Positions 40,502 through 52,783 of a stretch of 64,000 nt of DNA are shown piece after piece. The DNA lies in NCBI GenBank assembly GCA_051546255.1, contig CP128820.1, positions 124,001-188,000 on the forward strand. Direction: 5' to 3'. A program made the translations under genes and the position numbers. The notes beneath the pieces are model-generated. The model saw only the letters and a program-made list of their open reading frames with translations. It ran no database searches and was not told the DNA's origin. Source of the stretch: Meyerozyma guilliermondii (lineage: Eukaryota). Each line of letters opens with the position of its first letter. Position 1 is the first letter of the stretch.

Positions 40502-43500
40502 ATGGGTGCTAAAGTAAGTGAAAAGACCAGTCAATTACACAGAACTACGCGTGGGCGGCTCAGTATTACAATTGAATCATCAAGGTTTCACTTAATGCCT
40601 TCAATTGTTGCTGTTGGTTGTGGCAGTAGATAAATCGTGGTTGTTTGCTGGCATTATAATATACAAAAATGAGCTCAATGGAAAAATACTAACCCCCAGG
40701 ATAGAGATGTTCCCAAGTATGGGCCTCAAGGCGGTCCATCTGGAAACATAGATGATGTCAAACAGTTTAACAGACAGGCCCAGGTCAACAATACTTCCAA
40801 AGTACCGCCAGTGGACGGTTCGAAGAGAAAGCAAGAGCAAGAGCAAGCTCCCAAGAAGGAGAAGAAGAAGGTGAGTATTCGGGAACAGTCTACTTTTTCC
40901 TGGAAAAATGTGGGTTTCTGGGAGTCCGATAACGCTACAGATAAATTGGAGTTGCTCAAATTGATGAAGCGCATTGAAGACTATGTGGTGGATCATTTCT
41001 ACGGTGATTGGTACTGGAATACCTCTTTAGCTATTGGTACATGCTACTTTGCTTGGTTATTTGCGAAATGGGGATGGGGAATCTTATCCCTCGGACTTGT
41101 GTTCATCTTCACAACCTCCGTCTATCGTATAGAATTCCGCAGATTCAACCGTGATATTCGTGATGATATGACCAGAATTAACTCGAGCAACAGACTTGAA
41201 AATGAATTGGAAACCATGGAATGGTTGAACTCCTTCTTGGACAAGTTTTGGGTTATTTACATGCCTGCATTGTCTGAGCAGGTTATGTACCAAGCTAACG
41301 AGGTGTTGAAGGATCAAGCTCCAGGTTTTGGTATTGAAGCATTGTCCTTGGACGAGTTTACCTTGGGATCCAAAGCTCCTCGTGTGGATAGTATTAAATC
41401 TTACACCTTGAAGGGTCAGGATCATATTGAAATGGACTGGGCTTTTTCTTTTACTCCCAACGATACCGATGACATGACCAAGAATGAAATTAAGAAGAAG
41501 ATCAATCCTAAGGTTGCACTTGGTGTTACTATAGGAAAGGCTTTCATCAAAAAGTCACTTCCTATTCTTGTGGAGGACATGTCTTTTACAGGAAGAATGA
41601 ACATCAAGTTCAAATTGTATGAAACTTTTCCACATCTCAAGATGGTTTCAGTTCAGTTCTTGGAAGCTCCTGTCATCGATTACGCATTGAAGCCTGTAGG
41701 TGGTGACACTTTGGGAATTGATATCATGTCATTTATTCCAGGTTTGGCTTCGTTCGTCAACGGTTTGATTCATTCTAACTTGAGACCAATGTTGTATGCC
41801 CCCAACTCGTTGGATATTGACGTTGCAGAAATCATGGAACAACAATCTAACGACTCCCTTGGAGTCGTGGCTGTGACTATCAAGCGGTGCCACAATCTCA
41901 AGACAGGTCAGTCTACCAAATCCAATAGTATCAATCCCTATGTGGAGCTCAAGCTTCTGGCTAACGCCGATGTGAGTGAGAAGACAAAGATCAAAAAGTT
42001 GAATAACGATCCAATTTTTGCCGAAACAAAATACATTTTGGTTAATTCGTTGGATGGAAACACCCTTTCATTCAATGTCTATGACTTTGTCAAGGACAAG
42101 ATGGACGATACCTTGATTGGTAACGTTGATTATTCTTTGGGTGATTTGCTTCAAAAAGAAGAAAGACTTGATATTACCAAGAGTATAACCGAGGGAGGAA
42201 AAACAGTCGGAAAGATCGAATTTGACCTTCGTTACTTCGCCAGTGTACCTCCTGCTACCTTAGAGGATGGTACAAAGGTGGTTGACACTCAAGCCGAAGT
42301 CGGTATTCTTAAATTGAATCTTCACGGAGCTAAGGATTTGGACATTTCTCGCTCCGTTGTTGGGCTTTTGAACCCCTACGCCGAGATCTATGTCAACAAT
42401 GAGTTGACAAAGTCATGTCGTAGATTGAGACAGACGAACGAACCTTCTTGGAACCAGTCTTTTGAATCCTTGATTACCCAGCAATCGGAAACACAAGTGC
42501 AGGTTTTGATCAAGGATTCAGCGGACGATGATATTGTTGCCAAATTGGATGCTAGTCTTCAAGATTTGATCTTTGAAACCTCTAGAGGCCAACAATGGAT
42601 CACTTGTCAACCAATCAGAGAAGGTGGGCCACATTCACGAATCAAAATCAGCGCAGGTTGGAAGCCTCTTGGTATGACTGACAGTAGTGTTGTAGACACT
42701 CACTTCAATGCTTCTATTGGTGGTCTTAGATTGCACTTGAGAGGTGCCTCTAATCTTATCAACTTGGAATCTGTTGGAAAGGTTGATCCATATGCTCGTG
42801 TTATCGTGGATGGTAAGTTGAAAGCCAGAACTGTCACCATTGGTGAGACTACGGATCCAGTTTGGGATACAGTTTACTTTTTCCCCGTTACTACTCAGCA
42901 TCAGCATTTGTTAATTCAAGTCATGGATGCTGAAACTGAAGGAAAGGACAGAAACCTTGGAAGTGTTGCTGTCAATGTCAATGAGATTTTGAAGAAGAAT
43001 GAGGCAGGTTACTTCTTGGGTTATGACGGTGCCGAGGAAATCCTTGAGCAACCTGTTTTATTTGATGGTCAGAACAAGGGCTCTTTACAATACTCTCTTT
43101 CATTTATTCCAACCTTGCCTCTTTACACTCTTTCACAAAAGGAGGACAAAGCTGGATACCAAAGACATTTGGACAAGCTCAAGAAAGATGAAGAGGAGAA
43201 ACAAAAGAGACAAGAAAACTTGTTCAAGAAACACCCCGACGAATATGAATGGGTTGATGTCGCTGAGGACAATTTGCCCGAGCCTCCAAAGATCGACATG
43301 CCTTTGGACAAGTCCATCAAGTATAGGACAGGAAACATTGTTGTGCACATCCTTGATGGAAAATTCAGTGCTTCAGAATTGTACGTTCACACGTTGTTTG
43401 ACGACCAAGCATACCCCTCTGGTATCACAAGTAAAATTGAAGGTAAGAAACTCACGACTCCTTCAACTTCTGAAGGGTTTATCAGGGATTTGCCAAATTC

Positions 43501-44992
43501 TAAACTCATATTGAGGCTTGCCAAGAAGGCTGAAGTTGATGATGAAAAGGATATCTTTGCCGAGAAAATATGGGACACGATTGAAATATTGAAGCTGGCA
43601 TATCACAAACCAATTCATTTAAGAATCAATGACAAGAACCAGCTCACTGTGAGACTTGAATTCTTTCCTTCTGCTGTCAAGTTGGCTCCATTGGACACCA
43701 TCTTGGATGTGGGCTACTTGAAGCTCGATATCCTCGCAGCCGAAAACTTGCAAGCGTTGGATTCCAACGGAAAGTCTGATCCTTTCGTTGCCATCAAATT
43801 AGATGGTATTAGAATTTTCAAAACCGACAAAAAGCGTAAGACTTTGGATCCATCTTGGAACGAAGGTGTTGAATTCCCAATGATATCTCGTTCCAGACAA
43901 GTTTTGTTATTGGAAGTGTATGATTGGGACTTGACTCATGACGATAGATTGTTAGGACGTGCCAATATGGACTTGTCTACTATTGAACCATTGACGTCTA
44001 CTCAATTTAGTGTTCATTTGGACACCCAAGGAATCGTCCATTTACGTGCTACGTTCAAGCCGGAGTATATCAGACCCAAGTTGAGCTCGTCAAGTGCATT
44101 ACCAATTGATTTGGGATCGGTTGCTGCAGCACCAGTGAAGATTGTTGGAGGAGCCGCCGGCTTGGCTGGCAATGCTGTTGGTACGGGATTGGGCTTGGCT
44201 AGTGATGGTGTGACGAAAGGAGGTATGTTCTTTAAGAATTTGGGCAAAAAGAAGAGTAGTGAGAACGAACGTGGAGGTGAAAGTGGCCAAGAGAAACAGC
44301 AAAAGGAGCAGCAAGAGAAGAACGAGCAAAACAATGAACGTGATCTTAATGCTGAAGAGAACGGAAAGGATCATGATGAAGATAGTGACGAAGCTGAAAG
44401 TGATGAGAATGAAGATGAGCATTCCAAGGATGAAAATGGAAAGCCCAAGAAGAAGTATGCAAGTGAAATGCAAGACGAGGCTCCTTCGTTCGATGAGGAA
44501 AAACCCCCTAGCGTTAAAGCAGTACCTAATGTTCATGCCGAGGTACTTCCACCTCCTCAGAAGCCGGATGTTGGTGGTCATGGAAGACATGATAGTTCCA
44601 ACACCGATATGAGCAGTGTTATGGATACTAGCATGCAGCTGAGCTTTCTTGGTGAGTCTAGTGCTGGACGCTTTACCATTATTTCGGCACATGGTTTCAA
44701 GCAATCTTCGTTGGAGGTTAAAGTTGTCATGAAGACTCCAGAGAAGGAAAAGACTCTCTACAAGCTGAGACTGGCCAAGGGTGACAAGCAAGGTAATTTC
44801 AAGTGGAGCGAAACTTTACCATTTAGAGCATATGCCGATGGAACCTTGATCTTTGTATTGAGAGAACACCACAGAATTGGCCGTAGTGTCGAGATTGGTC
44901 GTGGTGAAGTACGCCCTGGAGTTCTTGAAGAAGAACACCAATTAGCTATCAATGGTGGAATTTTGAATGTCAAGGTGACCACTTCAGATTAA
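40502..44992 (+). CDS. TCB3: Tricalbin (ER-PM tether; TM hairpin, SMP, multiple C2 domains); join(40502..40513,40700..44992)
   Basis: ETMEWLNSFL, FTLGSKAPRV SMP domain, repeated C2 domains (DPYARV, DSNGKSDPFV); next to RPL6-FPR-HMG as YML072C-075C. TCB1 vs TCB3 uncertain. Confidence 0.88.
40514..40699 (+). other. Spliceosomal intron of tricalbin (186 nt)
   Basis: ATGGGTGCTAAA|GTAAGT ... TACTAAC CCCCAG|GAT; phase 0, in frame with the ORF at 40811. Confidence 0.92.
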
Positions 44993-45057
44993 ATGTATCA
45001 ATATATGATTGTATCAGTAGCTATTGTATTTGCAGCCGTTAGTTGATGCAACCGTTT

Positions 45058-45080
45058 TCACGTGACTTAGGGTTAAGCCC
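45058..45080. promoter_or_regulatory. Cbf1 + Tbf1 ribosomal-protein promoter module of RPL6
   Basis: TCACGTGAC (45058-45066) abutting TTAGGGTTAAGCCC; RRPE-like TGAAAAAATTT at about 45148. Confidence 0.75.
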
Positions 45081-45184
45081 CAGAGTCCCGTGAGTGAAAA
45101 TGTTACACAAAAATTCGGTGCGAGTTCCTGGCGAAAAGTGAGAAACGTGAAAAAATTTATTGAAGCTATATATCGACGTTAGAA

Positions 45185-45977
45185 ATGAGTCAAATTGTAT
45201 GTATATCGATACAAAAAAGAACACCCTAGAGCACGGAAATGGCAAGGACAACATTGCGTTACTTTCATATAACCTGAAATGTGCTTTTATGACTGATCTT
45301 GGTGATTTTCTGTCTTGCACATCTGGTCGAAAAGATAAGAATTATTTATTGAATTATGACACACCAGGTTATATCCGAGTACAAGTAACGCTGGGTTGAA
45401 ATTAATATGTTCCAATGCTGTTTTGATCGCTATTTTTCAAATTTTTACTAACATTCAGGCTCCAAAGTGGTACGAATCTCAAGACGCTCCAGTCGCCAAG
45501 CAAAGCAGAAAGACTGCTCGTCCCCAGAAGTTGCGCCCTTCCTTGGTTCCAGGTACCGTTGTCATCTTGTTGGCTGGTAGATTCAGAGGTAAGAGAGTTG
45601 TCTACCTCAAGGGTTTGGAAGACAACACTTTGTTGGTTACTGGTCCATTCAAGGCCAACGGTGTTCCATTAAGAAGAGTCAACGCTCGTTACGTGATCGC
45701 CACCTCCACCAAGGTTGACGTTTCTGGAGTTGATGTCTCCAAGTTCAACGTTGAATACTTTGCCAGAGAGAAGACCCCAAGAGCCAAGAAATCTGAGCAA
45801 GACTTCTTCAACGAGGAACAACCAAAGAAAGAAATCAAGCAAGAGAGAATTGCCGACCAAAAGTCTGTTGACGCTGCTTTGTTGTCTGCCATCAAGAAGA
45901 CTCCTTTGTTGAAGCAATACTTGTCCTCATCTTTCTCATTGAAGTCTGGTGACAAGCCTCACTTGTTGAAATTTTAG
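45185..45977 (+). CDS. RPL6: 60S ribosomal protein eL6; join(45185..45196,45459..45977)
   Basis: [47 protein letters not shown]. Confidence 0.97.
45197..45458 (+). other. Spliceosomal intron of RPL6 (262 nt)
   Basis: GTATGT 45197; TACTAAC 45446-45452; CAG 45456-45458. Confidence 0.95.
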
Positions 45978-46090
45978 ATCTACCACACAAAATTTCTTCA
46001 TTCTGTCTCTCGGGGCGGTACCAATGTGTATACTTAATACAGTAAATCGTTAATTTTCAGTAGAAACCCCACGGGTGCTCCATGCAGGTT

Positions 46091-46124
46091 TGAAAAATTG
46101 TAGCCCATCGCCTCATCTCATCTC
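46091..46124. promoter_or_regulatory. RRPE + PAC-like ribosome-biogenesis motifs upstream of FPR3/4
   Basis: TGAAAAATT 46091; CCCATCGC and CTCATCTC (reverse PAC) 46104-46119. Confidence 0.6.
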
Positions 46125-46150
46125 ATTTTCTTTACATCACCATCACCACC

Positions 46151-47434
46151 ATGTCTGGCTTACTTCCTATTTCCACATACAATTTGGCCCTTAAGCCCTT
46201 CAGCCCTGCCCCTGCTGTCGAGGAGGACTTCCCAGTGACCATCAGATTGACTTTGGCTGCTGTGGACCCCGAGGCAGTCGATGACAAGGCCGAGCCATCG
46301 ACTCTTCGTTTGTTGAAAAGAAGCACTTTGTTCGACGACGATTTCGATGAGGGCGATGATGATGAAGATGACGAGGATGATGAAGATGACGAAGAAGACG
46401 AAGAAGAAGATGATGACTTGGATGACGAGAAAGATGAGCCAAAGAAAAAGAAGGCTTCTAAAGATGAAGACGAAGATGATGAAGATGAAGATGATGAAGA
46501 CGAGGACGATGACGACGAGGATGATGAAGATGATGAAGACGTCTCTGAGTTTGTCGTCTGTACTCTTTCTCCCAAGGTTCAGTTCCAGCAGACCCTCGAC
46601 TTGACCATCACTCCAGATGAAGAGGTCTACTTTGTAGTCACTGGTTCTTACCCTATCCACTTGACTGGTAACTACGTCGAGCACCCTGCTGACGAAGACT
46701 CTGAAGATGATTACGATGACGAGTATGACTCGGAAGAGTACGATTTGACTCCCGATGAGGATGAGTTGCTCGAGGAACAAGACTACGACTTGGACGATTT
46801 GGAGGATGCTTCTGATGTTGAGAACAAGATAGAAGAGTTGGTGGAGGAAGACAACAAAAAGAGAGCTTCTGACGAGGCTGAAGATGAAACTCCCAAGAAA
46901 AAGTCGAAGAAGAATAAGGAAAAGTCCGTCAAGTTCAACAAGGAATTAGAACAAGGACCTTCCGGCTCCACCTTGGCCAAGAAGGACGAGAAGGAGACAC
47001 CAAAGAAGAAGGAACAAAAAAAGGAAACCGAAAAGAAGGAACAAAAGAAAGATACTCCAAAGAAGGATGACAAGTCTGAAGACAAGGAAAAGAAGTTCGC
47101 CACCAAGACCTTACTTGGTGGAGTTATCACCGAGGACAGAAAGGTCGGAAAGGGACCCACTGCCAAGTCTGGAAACAAAGTTGGCATTAGATACATTGGT
47201 AAGTTGAAAAACGGAAAGGTTTTCGACAAGAACACCTCTGGTAAGCCATTCGTTTTTGGATTGGGAAAGGGCGAATGTATTAAAGGATTCGACTTGGGAG
47301 TTGCAGGCATGGCCGTGGGAGGCGAAAGAAGGGTTGTTATTCCTCCAAAGATGGGCTATGGCTCGCAAGCCTTACCAGGAATCCCTTCCAACTCTGAGCT
47401 CACTTTCGACATCAAATTGGTTTCGCTTAAGTAG
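46151..47434 (+). CDS. FPR3: Nucleolar FKBP prolyl isomerase / histone chaperone (Fpr3/Fpr4)
   Basis: Nucleoplasmin-like domain split by an acidic tract, HLTGNY, basic linker, FKBP domain ([25 protein letters not shown]). Confidence 0.95.
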   Translation: MSGLLPISTYNLALKPFSPAPAVEEDFPVTIRLTLAAVDPEAVDDKAEPSTLRLLKRSTLFDDDFDEGDDDEDDEDDEDDEEDEEEDDDLDDEKDEPKKKKASKDEDEDDEDEDDEDEDDDDEDDEDDEDVSEFVVCTLSPKVQFQQTLDLTITPDEEVYFVVTGSYPIHLTGNYVEHPADEDSEDDYDDEYDSEEYDLTPDEDELLEEQDYDLDDLEDASDVENKIEELVEEDNKKRASDEAEDETPKKKSKKNKEKSVKFNKELEQGPSGSTLAKKDEKETPKKKEQKKETEKKEQKKDTPKKDDKSEDKEKKFATKTLLGGVITEDRKVGKGPTAKSGNKVGIRYIGKLKNGKVFDKNTSGKPFVFGLGKGECIKGFDLGVAGMAVGGERRVVIPPKMGYGSQALPGIPSNSELTFDIKLVSLK

Positions 47435-47529
47435 AGTACAAGGACAAGACTAATAAACACTAAAACAGAAAAGAAGAGAGAAAATAAGCTATAGAAAAAA
47501 ATTAAAATTTGGTAGGCTGAAAACGTGCT

Positions 47530-47715
47530 TCGTATAATTACTATGGCAAACACAGCCCAAGGTCACAAATAATCACATACGTTCGCAAAGTCCAGAATTC
47601 CTGTTTAAGTCATACATTCACTTCATATACCACTCAACTCACCAGACCAAACGCCTTGCAGGCCCAGACACCTCATCTGCTCTAAACGACGCCCAGTAGA
47701 AATATTTTGACGTAA
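47530..47715. promoter_or_regulatory. Sterol-response and CRE-like motifs in the HMG1 promoter
   Basis: TCGTATA 47530, CTAAACGA (reverse TCGTTTAG) 47682, TGACGTAA 47708. Confidence 0.55.
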
Positions 47716-47773
47716 AAGGCGCAGAACGCGACGCTACTGGTGTGCCCTAATTACTAATACCCGTGTTGTCGGA

Positions 47774-50700
47774 ATGCTACAGACATTTACTGTGCTTACT
47801 AGTGGCTTGGCCAGAAAGTCAGCCCAGTATCCAATCCATTTCATAATTGCAACGTCGCTTTTGGCTTCCGCAGCATATTTGGCAGTTGTAGATGAATACG
47901 TGCCCGAGAATTTCGGCACTCTGATGTCCAATGTCAGCTTCTACCAGGGTCCCAGACAGCTGGAATGGATCAAGGTCCAAGATGGTGCCGAGTACGCAAC
48001 TTCAGACCATTATGTGGTCGTACCACTTCTTTTCAGCAGACTTCATATCGACACCTTGCCCAACATAGAAAATACTATCGAGGGAACTGCTGCCAACGAG
48101 CGCCTTTTGGTTTCACCAGCAGACTCAGTCGAGGAAAAATTGCAATCTTTGGACAAGATCAATGTCGGCGGGATCACTTGGAGAGCCAGAAACAACAACC
48201 GTCTTGCCAAGTACCACGATTATGTGAGAATTGGTATTCGTCGTCTTCAATCTGCCATCCAGGGTGCTGAAACATTTGATATTGGTTTGATCACCGTAGC
48301 ATATATCGCCATGTGGTATACAATCCTCAAGGTGTTTTATGATATGAGACAAATTGACTCCAATTTCAGATTGGCATTGGCTACGATTATTTCCTCAACT
48401 TTCGCTTTTCTTTTCGCCTTGGCTACTACCACTCGCTTTTTGGATGCAAAAGTGCCTCTCTTGTCGCTCTCAGAGGGTATTCCTTTCCTCGTGGCCATCA
48501 TTGGTTTCAAGCACAAAGTCTCCATTGCTGTAACCGTACAAAAAGCAACTTTATCCCAATTGGATGCTAAGTCCATCGTTTCCAGTGCAATTGCGTCTCA
48601 CACCGTGAGCTTGCTTAGGGACCATGTCGTCGTCATTGGCGCCATGGCCACTTGTGCCACCTACGCATCCCATTTGGTGGGTCTCAGAAACTTCTGCATT
48701 CTTAGTTCTTTCATCCTCGGTTTCGATTTGTTCTTAGTTTACACTTTCTTTTCTGCTATCCTTGCATTGAAGGTTGAAATCAGCCGTGCACGTCGCACTG
48801 AAACCTTGAAACAGGCCCTTGAAGAGGACGGTGTCTCAAGCTTAGTGGCTCAAAGTGTGGCCGATCAGTCTTCGAATATTGAGTTCCCCGACCAAGAGTC
48901 GACCTTCAACCCAAAAGCCGTCTCCCTCAAACTTGCCGTGGTGGCTATAATTTTCGGGTTTCATGCTTTTTCCTTTGGTAGCTCGTGGATTTACTCTTCC
49001 GAAGTTGGCGACCTGTTGTTCTATTCCGAAACCCCAGTATTTTCCACCGCTCTTATTCAACATATTGGCTCGAGCTCAAACGGAACCGTGGTCACAGTTG
49101 TAGGACAACGCTTGTTCATGCCAATGGGTATATTCGTTCAAGCCGAGGATTTAATTTGGTTGATTTATGACAAGATTAGCATGGCGATCAAGGATAATTT
49201 GATCTCAAAGTTTTTGCTTGTTGGCTTTATTATCTCGATTGTCATCAATGCTTATTTCTTGAATGCGTCGAGATTCCATATTACGGCAACTAACAAGTTG
49301 ATTGAGAAGGAAATCTCCAACGGAGAGGCTGGTAAAAAGAGAAAATCTTCTGTGGTTCAATTTTTCGAAAAGAGCTTTGCTAAAGGTGGTAAGGACGAAT
49401 CGAGTACTTCCGAATCCGATAGCTCTGATGAGTTGACAATTGCTCCAAAGCATACCAGAAGTCTCGACACTCTCATACAAATCATGAAGGATGGACAAAC
49501 AAAGACGTTATCCGATAATGAAGTCACAAATCTTGTTGTGTCTGGTAAATTACCACTTTATGCATTGGAAAAACAGCTTCAAGATAATACTCGTGCCGTT
49601 GTTGTTCGTCGTAAAGCTATTGCACAAATGGCTGGTGTTCCTTCGTTAGATTCTGATCGGTTACCATATATGCACTATGATTACAATCGTGTGTTTGGAG
49701 CCTGTTGTGAGAATGTCATTGGTTACATGCCCATCCCTGTCGGTGTTGCCGGTCCATTGAATATTGATGGAAAGTCTTATCACATCCCCATGGCTACTAC
49801 AGAGGGATGTCTTGTTGCTTCTACCATGAGAGGATGCAAAGCTATCAATGCTGGTGGTGGTGTATCGACAGTGTTGACCCAAGATGGAATGACAAGAGGA
49901 CCATGTGTGTCGTTTCCTACATTGGCTCGCGCTGGTGCCGCCAAGTTATGGTTGGACTCCGAAGAAGGTCAAAAGACCATCAAAAAGGCTTTTAATTCTA
50001 CATCGCGTTTTGCAAGATTGCAACATATAAAGACGGCACTTGCCGGTACGTTGTTGTTTATTCGTTTCAGAACCACGACTGGTGATGCTATGGGAATGAA
50101 TATGATTTCAAAAGGAGTGGAATATTGTCTTAAGCACATGGTTGAAGAATGCGGTTTCAAGGACATGACGGTGATTTCGGTTTCTGGTAACTACTGTACT
50201 GATAAGAAACCATCTGCTATCAACTGGATCGAGGGCCGTGGTAAGTCTGTTGTTGCTGAAGCTCGAATTCCAGCCGATGTGGTTAAAAATGTTCTCAAGT
50301 CCGATGTCGATGCCTTGGTGGAACTCAACGTGAGCAAGAATTTGGTGGGCTCTGCAATGGCTGGGTCTGTTGGAGGTTTCAATGCCCAAGCTGCCAATTT
50401 GGTTACCGCTGTATTCTTGGCGTGCGGTCAAGATCCTGCTCAAAATGTTGAATCTTCAAACTGTATTACTTTGGTAAACAAAGTCGATGGTGATCTCGTG
50501 ATCTCGGTTTCCATGCCATCCATCGAAGTGGGAACCATTGGTGGTGGTACCATATTGGAACCTCAAGGTGCCATGTTGGACTTGCTCAGAGTAAAGGGCC
50601 CTCATCCTACCAATCCAGGAGAAAATGCTCGTCAATTGGCCCGTGTCGTTGCTTCTGCGGTTCTAGCTGCTGAGCTTTCGCTTTGCTCTGCCTTGGCAGC

Positions 50701-50848
50701 TGGACATCTCGTTCAATCTCATATGCAACACAATCGTAAAGCGCCAGTCGCTTCCACAGAATCAGCTACTGCCAATGGGTCCAAAAACATTGCTTCAGCC
50801 GATCGTGACCGCCTCTTGCAAGGCTCGGTTAACTGTATCCGCTCATAA
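47774..50848 (+). CDS. HMG1: HMG-CoA reductase
   Basis: YPIH N-terminal motif, sterol-sensing TM region, CENVIG, ATTEG, DAMGMNM, GNYCTDKK, GTIGGGT, HMQHNR. Confidence 0.98.
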   Translation: MLQTFTVLTSGLARKSAQYPIHFIIATSLLASAAYLAVVDEYVPENFGTLMSNVSFYQGPRQLEWIKVQDGAEYATSDHYVVVPLLFSRLHIDTLPNIENTIEGTAANERLLVSPADSVEEKLQSLDKINVGGITWRARNNNRLAKYHDYVRIGIRRLQSAIQGAETFDIGLITVAYIAMWYTILKVFYDMRQIDSNFRLALATIISSTFAFLFALATTTRFLDAKVPLLSLSEGIPFLVAIIGFKHKVSIAVTVQKATLSQLDAKSIVSSAIASHTVSLLRDHVVVIGAMATCATYASHLVGLRNFCILSSFILGFDLFLVYTFFSAILALKVEISRARRTETLKQALEEDGVSSLVAQSVADQSSNIEFPDQESTFNPKAVSLKLAVVAIIFGFHAFSFGSSWIYSSEVGDLLFYSETPVFSTALIQHIGSSSNGTVVTVVGQRLFMPMGIFVQAEDLIWLIYDKISMAIKDNLISKFLLVGFIISIVINAYFLNASRFHITATNKLIEKEISNGEAGKKRKSSVVQFFEKSFAKGGKDESSTSESDSSDELTIAPKHTRSLDTLIQIMKDGQTKTLSDNEVTNLVVSGKLPLYALEKQLQDNTRAVVVRRKAIAQMAGVPSLDSDRLPYMHYDYNRVFGACCENVIGYMPIPVGVAGPLNIDGKSYHIPMATTEGCLVASTMRGCKAINAGGGVSTVLTQDGMTRGPCVSFPTLARAGAAKLWLDSEEGQKTIKKAFNSTSRFARLQHIKTALAGTLLFIRFRTTTGDAMGMNMISKGVEYCLKHMVEECGFKDMTVISVSGNYCTDKKPSAINWIEGRGKSVVAEARIPADVVKNVLKSDVDALVELNVSKNLVGSAMAGSVGGFNAQAANLVTAVFLACGQDPAQNVESSNCITLVNKVDGDLVISVSMPSIEVGTIGGGTILEPQGAMLDLLRVKGPHPTNPGENARQLARVVASAVLAAELSLCSALAAGHLVQSHMQHNRKAPVASTESATANGSKNIASADRDRLLQGSVNCIRS

Positions 50849-50992
50849 TACTTGTACTTAATACTGCATCCCTATTGAAAAACAACTTGCTATTTGGCCA
50901 TATACTTTATAGTAATGTACTACTACCTTTATGTGTTCCTGCAGGCAACTCGGCATCAGTTATTTAGTCATATTACATGTAGGTGAGAACTA

Positions 50993-52747
50993 ATGCCCAG
51001 TCAAGATGTGGGGGTGCCCATACCCCAAAATACGCCCCATGCCGTGTCTGTGACTCTACCAACGTGGGAAGCGACTGTGAGTTACGAGGAAGGTGAAGAA
51101 TGGGTTACGAAAAAAATGACTTCAGGTTACCCTCGATTCTTCATCCATTCTGTGATCCAAGATTTGGCAGAAAATCTTCAATCCAAATATGGTCGTGAAG
51201 GCGAAAGATGTATGATCTTCCCATCTTATAAGGTTGCTAAACGATGTAGGGAGTTTGTCAAAACTTACTCGCAAGAGCAGGTTCCGGTTAGAGTGCTCCA
51301 GTTGAGCACTTCTCCTCCTTCAACGGAGGATGAAAAATCAAGCATTATTGAATCTACCATTGGTGTTGTTTTCTTCCCAGTCAATCACTTTGCTATTGCC
51401 AAAAGCTACTGGCAGCACTCTGGAGAGGGAATAAGTTCACGAATGGCAGAATACGTGTTGGCTGAACTCTTCCACAAGGACTCGGCCAGCTCTCTGCCTC
51501 GGCTGTCCAGGTCGTCGTTTCTGAAACAAGAGCTTCAGGCAAGACAAATATTACACAAATCGCCATCTATTCGGGCTTCAAGTCTTCATGAAGAATCTGA
51601 TAAAGAACAGGATACCTATATCGAACAAAAGTACGGAAGAGTTCTTGATTTGAAGTTCGAGAAACAGGCTAGATCAGCCTTGAGAAGAAGAATATGTGGA
51701 AAAGTAGACAAATCTCACAGCCAGGAAGAAGAAATGGAAAGGTCTCATCGGGGAAAGAACTTGAGTGAAACTGACGTATATTTGTACCCTACGGGAATGG
51801 CTGCAATCTTCAATGCGCACCGAGCTCTTTTGGGTGTGGTTGATGAACCCAAGATCTCAGTCTGCTTCGGGTTCCCCTATGTAGACACTTTGAATGTTTT
51901 ACGCAAGTTTGGACCGGGTGTTCATTTCTTGGGTCTTGGTGACGACGAATCGTTGGCACAGTTGGAGCAGGATTTGGAGAGCGGAGAAAGAGATATAATG
52001 GCACTTTTCTGTGAATGTCCATCTAACCCTCTATTGAAGACTCCAAATTTGAAAAAGATCAGATCTCTTGCCGACAAATTCAACTTTGCTGTTGTTGTCG
52101 ACGAAACAGTGGGCAACTTTCTCAACGTTCACGTTTTGCCTTATGCAGACATCGTTGCTTCGTCATTAACCAAAGTATTTTCCGGAGACTCCAATGTGAT
52201 GGGTGGCTCTTTGATACTCAATCCTCTGTCTTCATGGTACGACAGGCTCAAGAAGTTTTTCAACGATGACTACGAAGACTTGTTTTGGGCCAAAGATGCT
52301 TTGATTTTGGAACGTAACTCTCGTGATTTTGCAGAGCGTTCAGCTAAAATCAACGACACCACCGTGGCTGCGGTGGAACTTCTCAGGGCCAGTCCATTAA
52401 TTGACAGGCTTTATTACCCGATGATCTCAGATACAAAGAAATATTATGATGAGATCAAGACACCCAATGGCGGGTATGGCGGTTTGGTTTCCTTTGTTTT
52501 CAAGGATCCAGCGGATGCAGTAGCATTTTTCAATGCAGTGAATTTACATAAAGGGCCATCTTTGGGAACCAATTTCACATTAGCATGTCCCTATGCTATA
52601 TTGGCACATTACCAAGAATTAGACGAAATAGCCCAGTGGGACATCGATAGAAACATCATCCGCATAAGTGTGGGTTTGGAAGATAAGGATGAGTTGTGTC
52701 TGACATTGAAGAAAAGCTTGGATGCAGCGGCTGCACAGCATAAATAG
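50993..52747 (+). CDS. STR2: Cystathionine gamma-synthase (Str2/YML082W family)
   Basis: HAVSVTLPTW, GYPRFFIH, ECPSNPLL, PLP Lys SSLTKVFSG, KGPSLGTNFTLACPY, RISVGLE. Confidence 0.92.
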   Translation: MPSQDVGVPIPQNTPHAVSVTLPTWEATVSYEEGEEWVTKKMTSGYPRFFIHSVIQDLAENLQSKYGREGERCMIFPSYKVAKRCREFVKTYSQEQVPVRVLQLSTSPPSTEDEKSSIIESTIGVVFFPVNHFAIAKSYWQHSGEGISSRMAEYVLAELFHKDSASSLPRLSRSSFLKQELQARQILHKSPSIRASSLHEESDKEQDTYIEQKYGRVLDLKFEKQARSALRRRICGKVDKSHSQEEEMERSHRGKNLSETDVYLYPTGMAAIFNAHRALLGVVDEPKISVCFGFPYVDTLNVLRKFGPGVHFLGLGDDESLAQLEQDLESGERDIMALFCECPSNPLLKTPNLKKIRSLADKFNFAVVVDETVGNFLNVHVLPYADIVASSLTKVFSGDSNVMGGSLILNPLSSWYDRLKKFFNDDYEDLFWAKDALILERNSRDFAERSAKINDTTVAAVELLRASPLIDRLYYPMISDTKKYYDEIKTPNGGYGGLVSFVFKDPADAVAFFNAVNLHKGPSLGTNFTLACPYAILAHYQELDEIAQWDIDRNIIRISVGLEDKDELCLTLKKSLDAAAAQHK

Positions 52748-52783
52748 TAATGTCATTATTATGTGGTATATTCGTAAAAAAAG

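Noticed and set aside
45197..45458. Intronic snoRNA in the RPL6 intron
   Set aside because: No convincing C/D or H/ACA box pair with an rRNA guide was recognisable by eye.
46132..47310. Long antisense ORFs (poly-Ser, Ile/Phe/Val-rich) over FPR3
   Set aside because: They are shadows of GAT/GAA/AAG-rich acidic and basic tracts; the same applies to antisense ORFs over RPS1, RPL6, TCB3 and TSR2.
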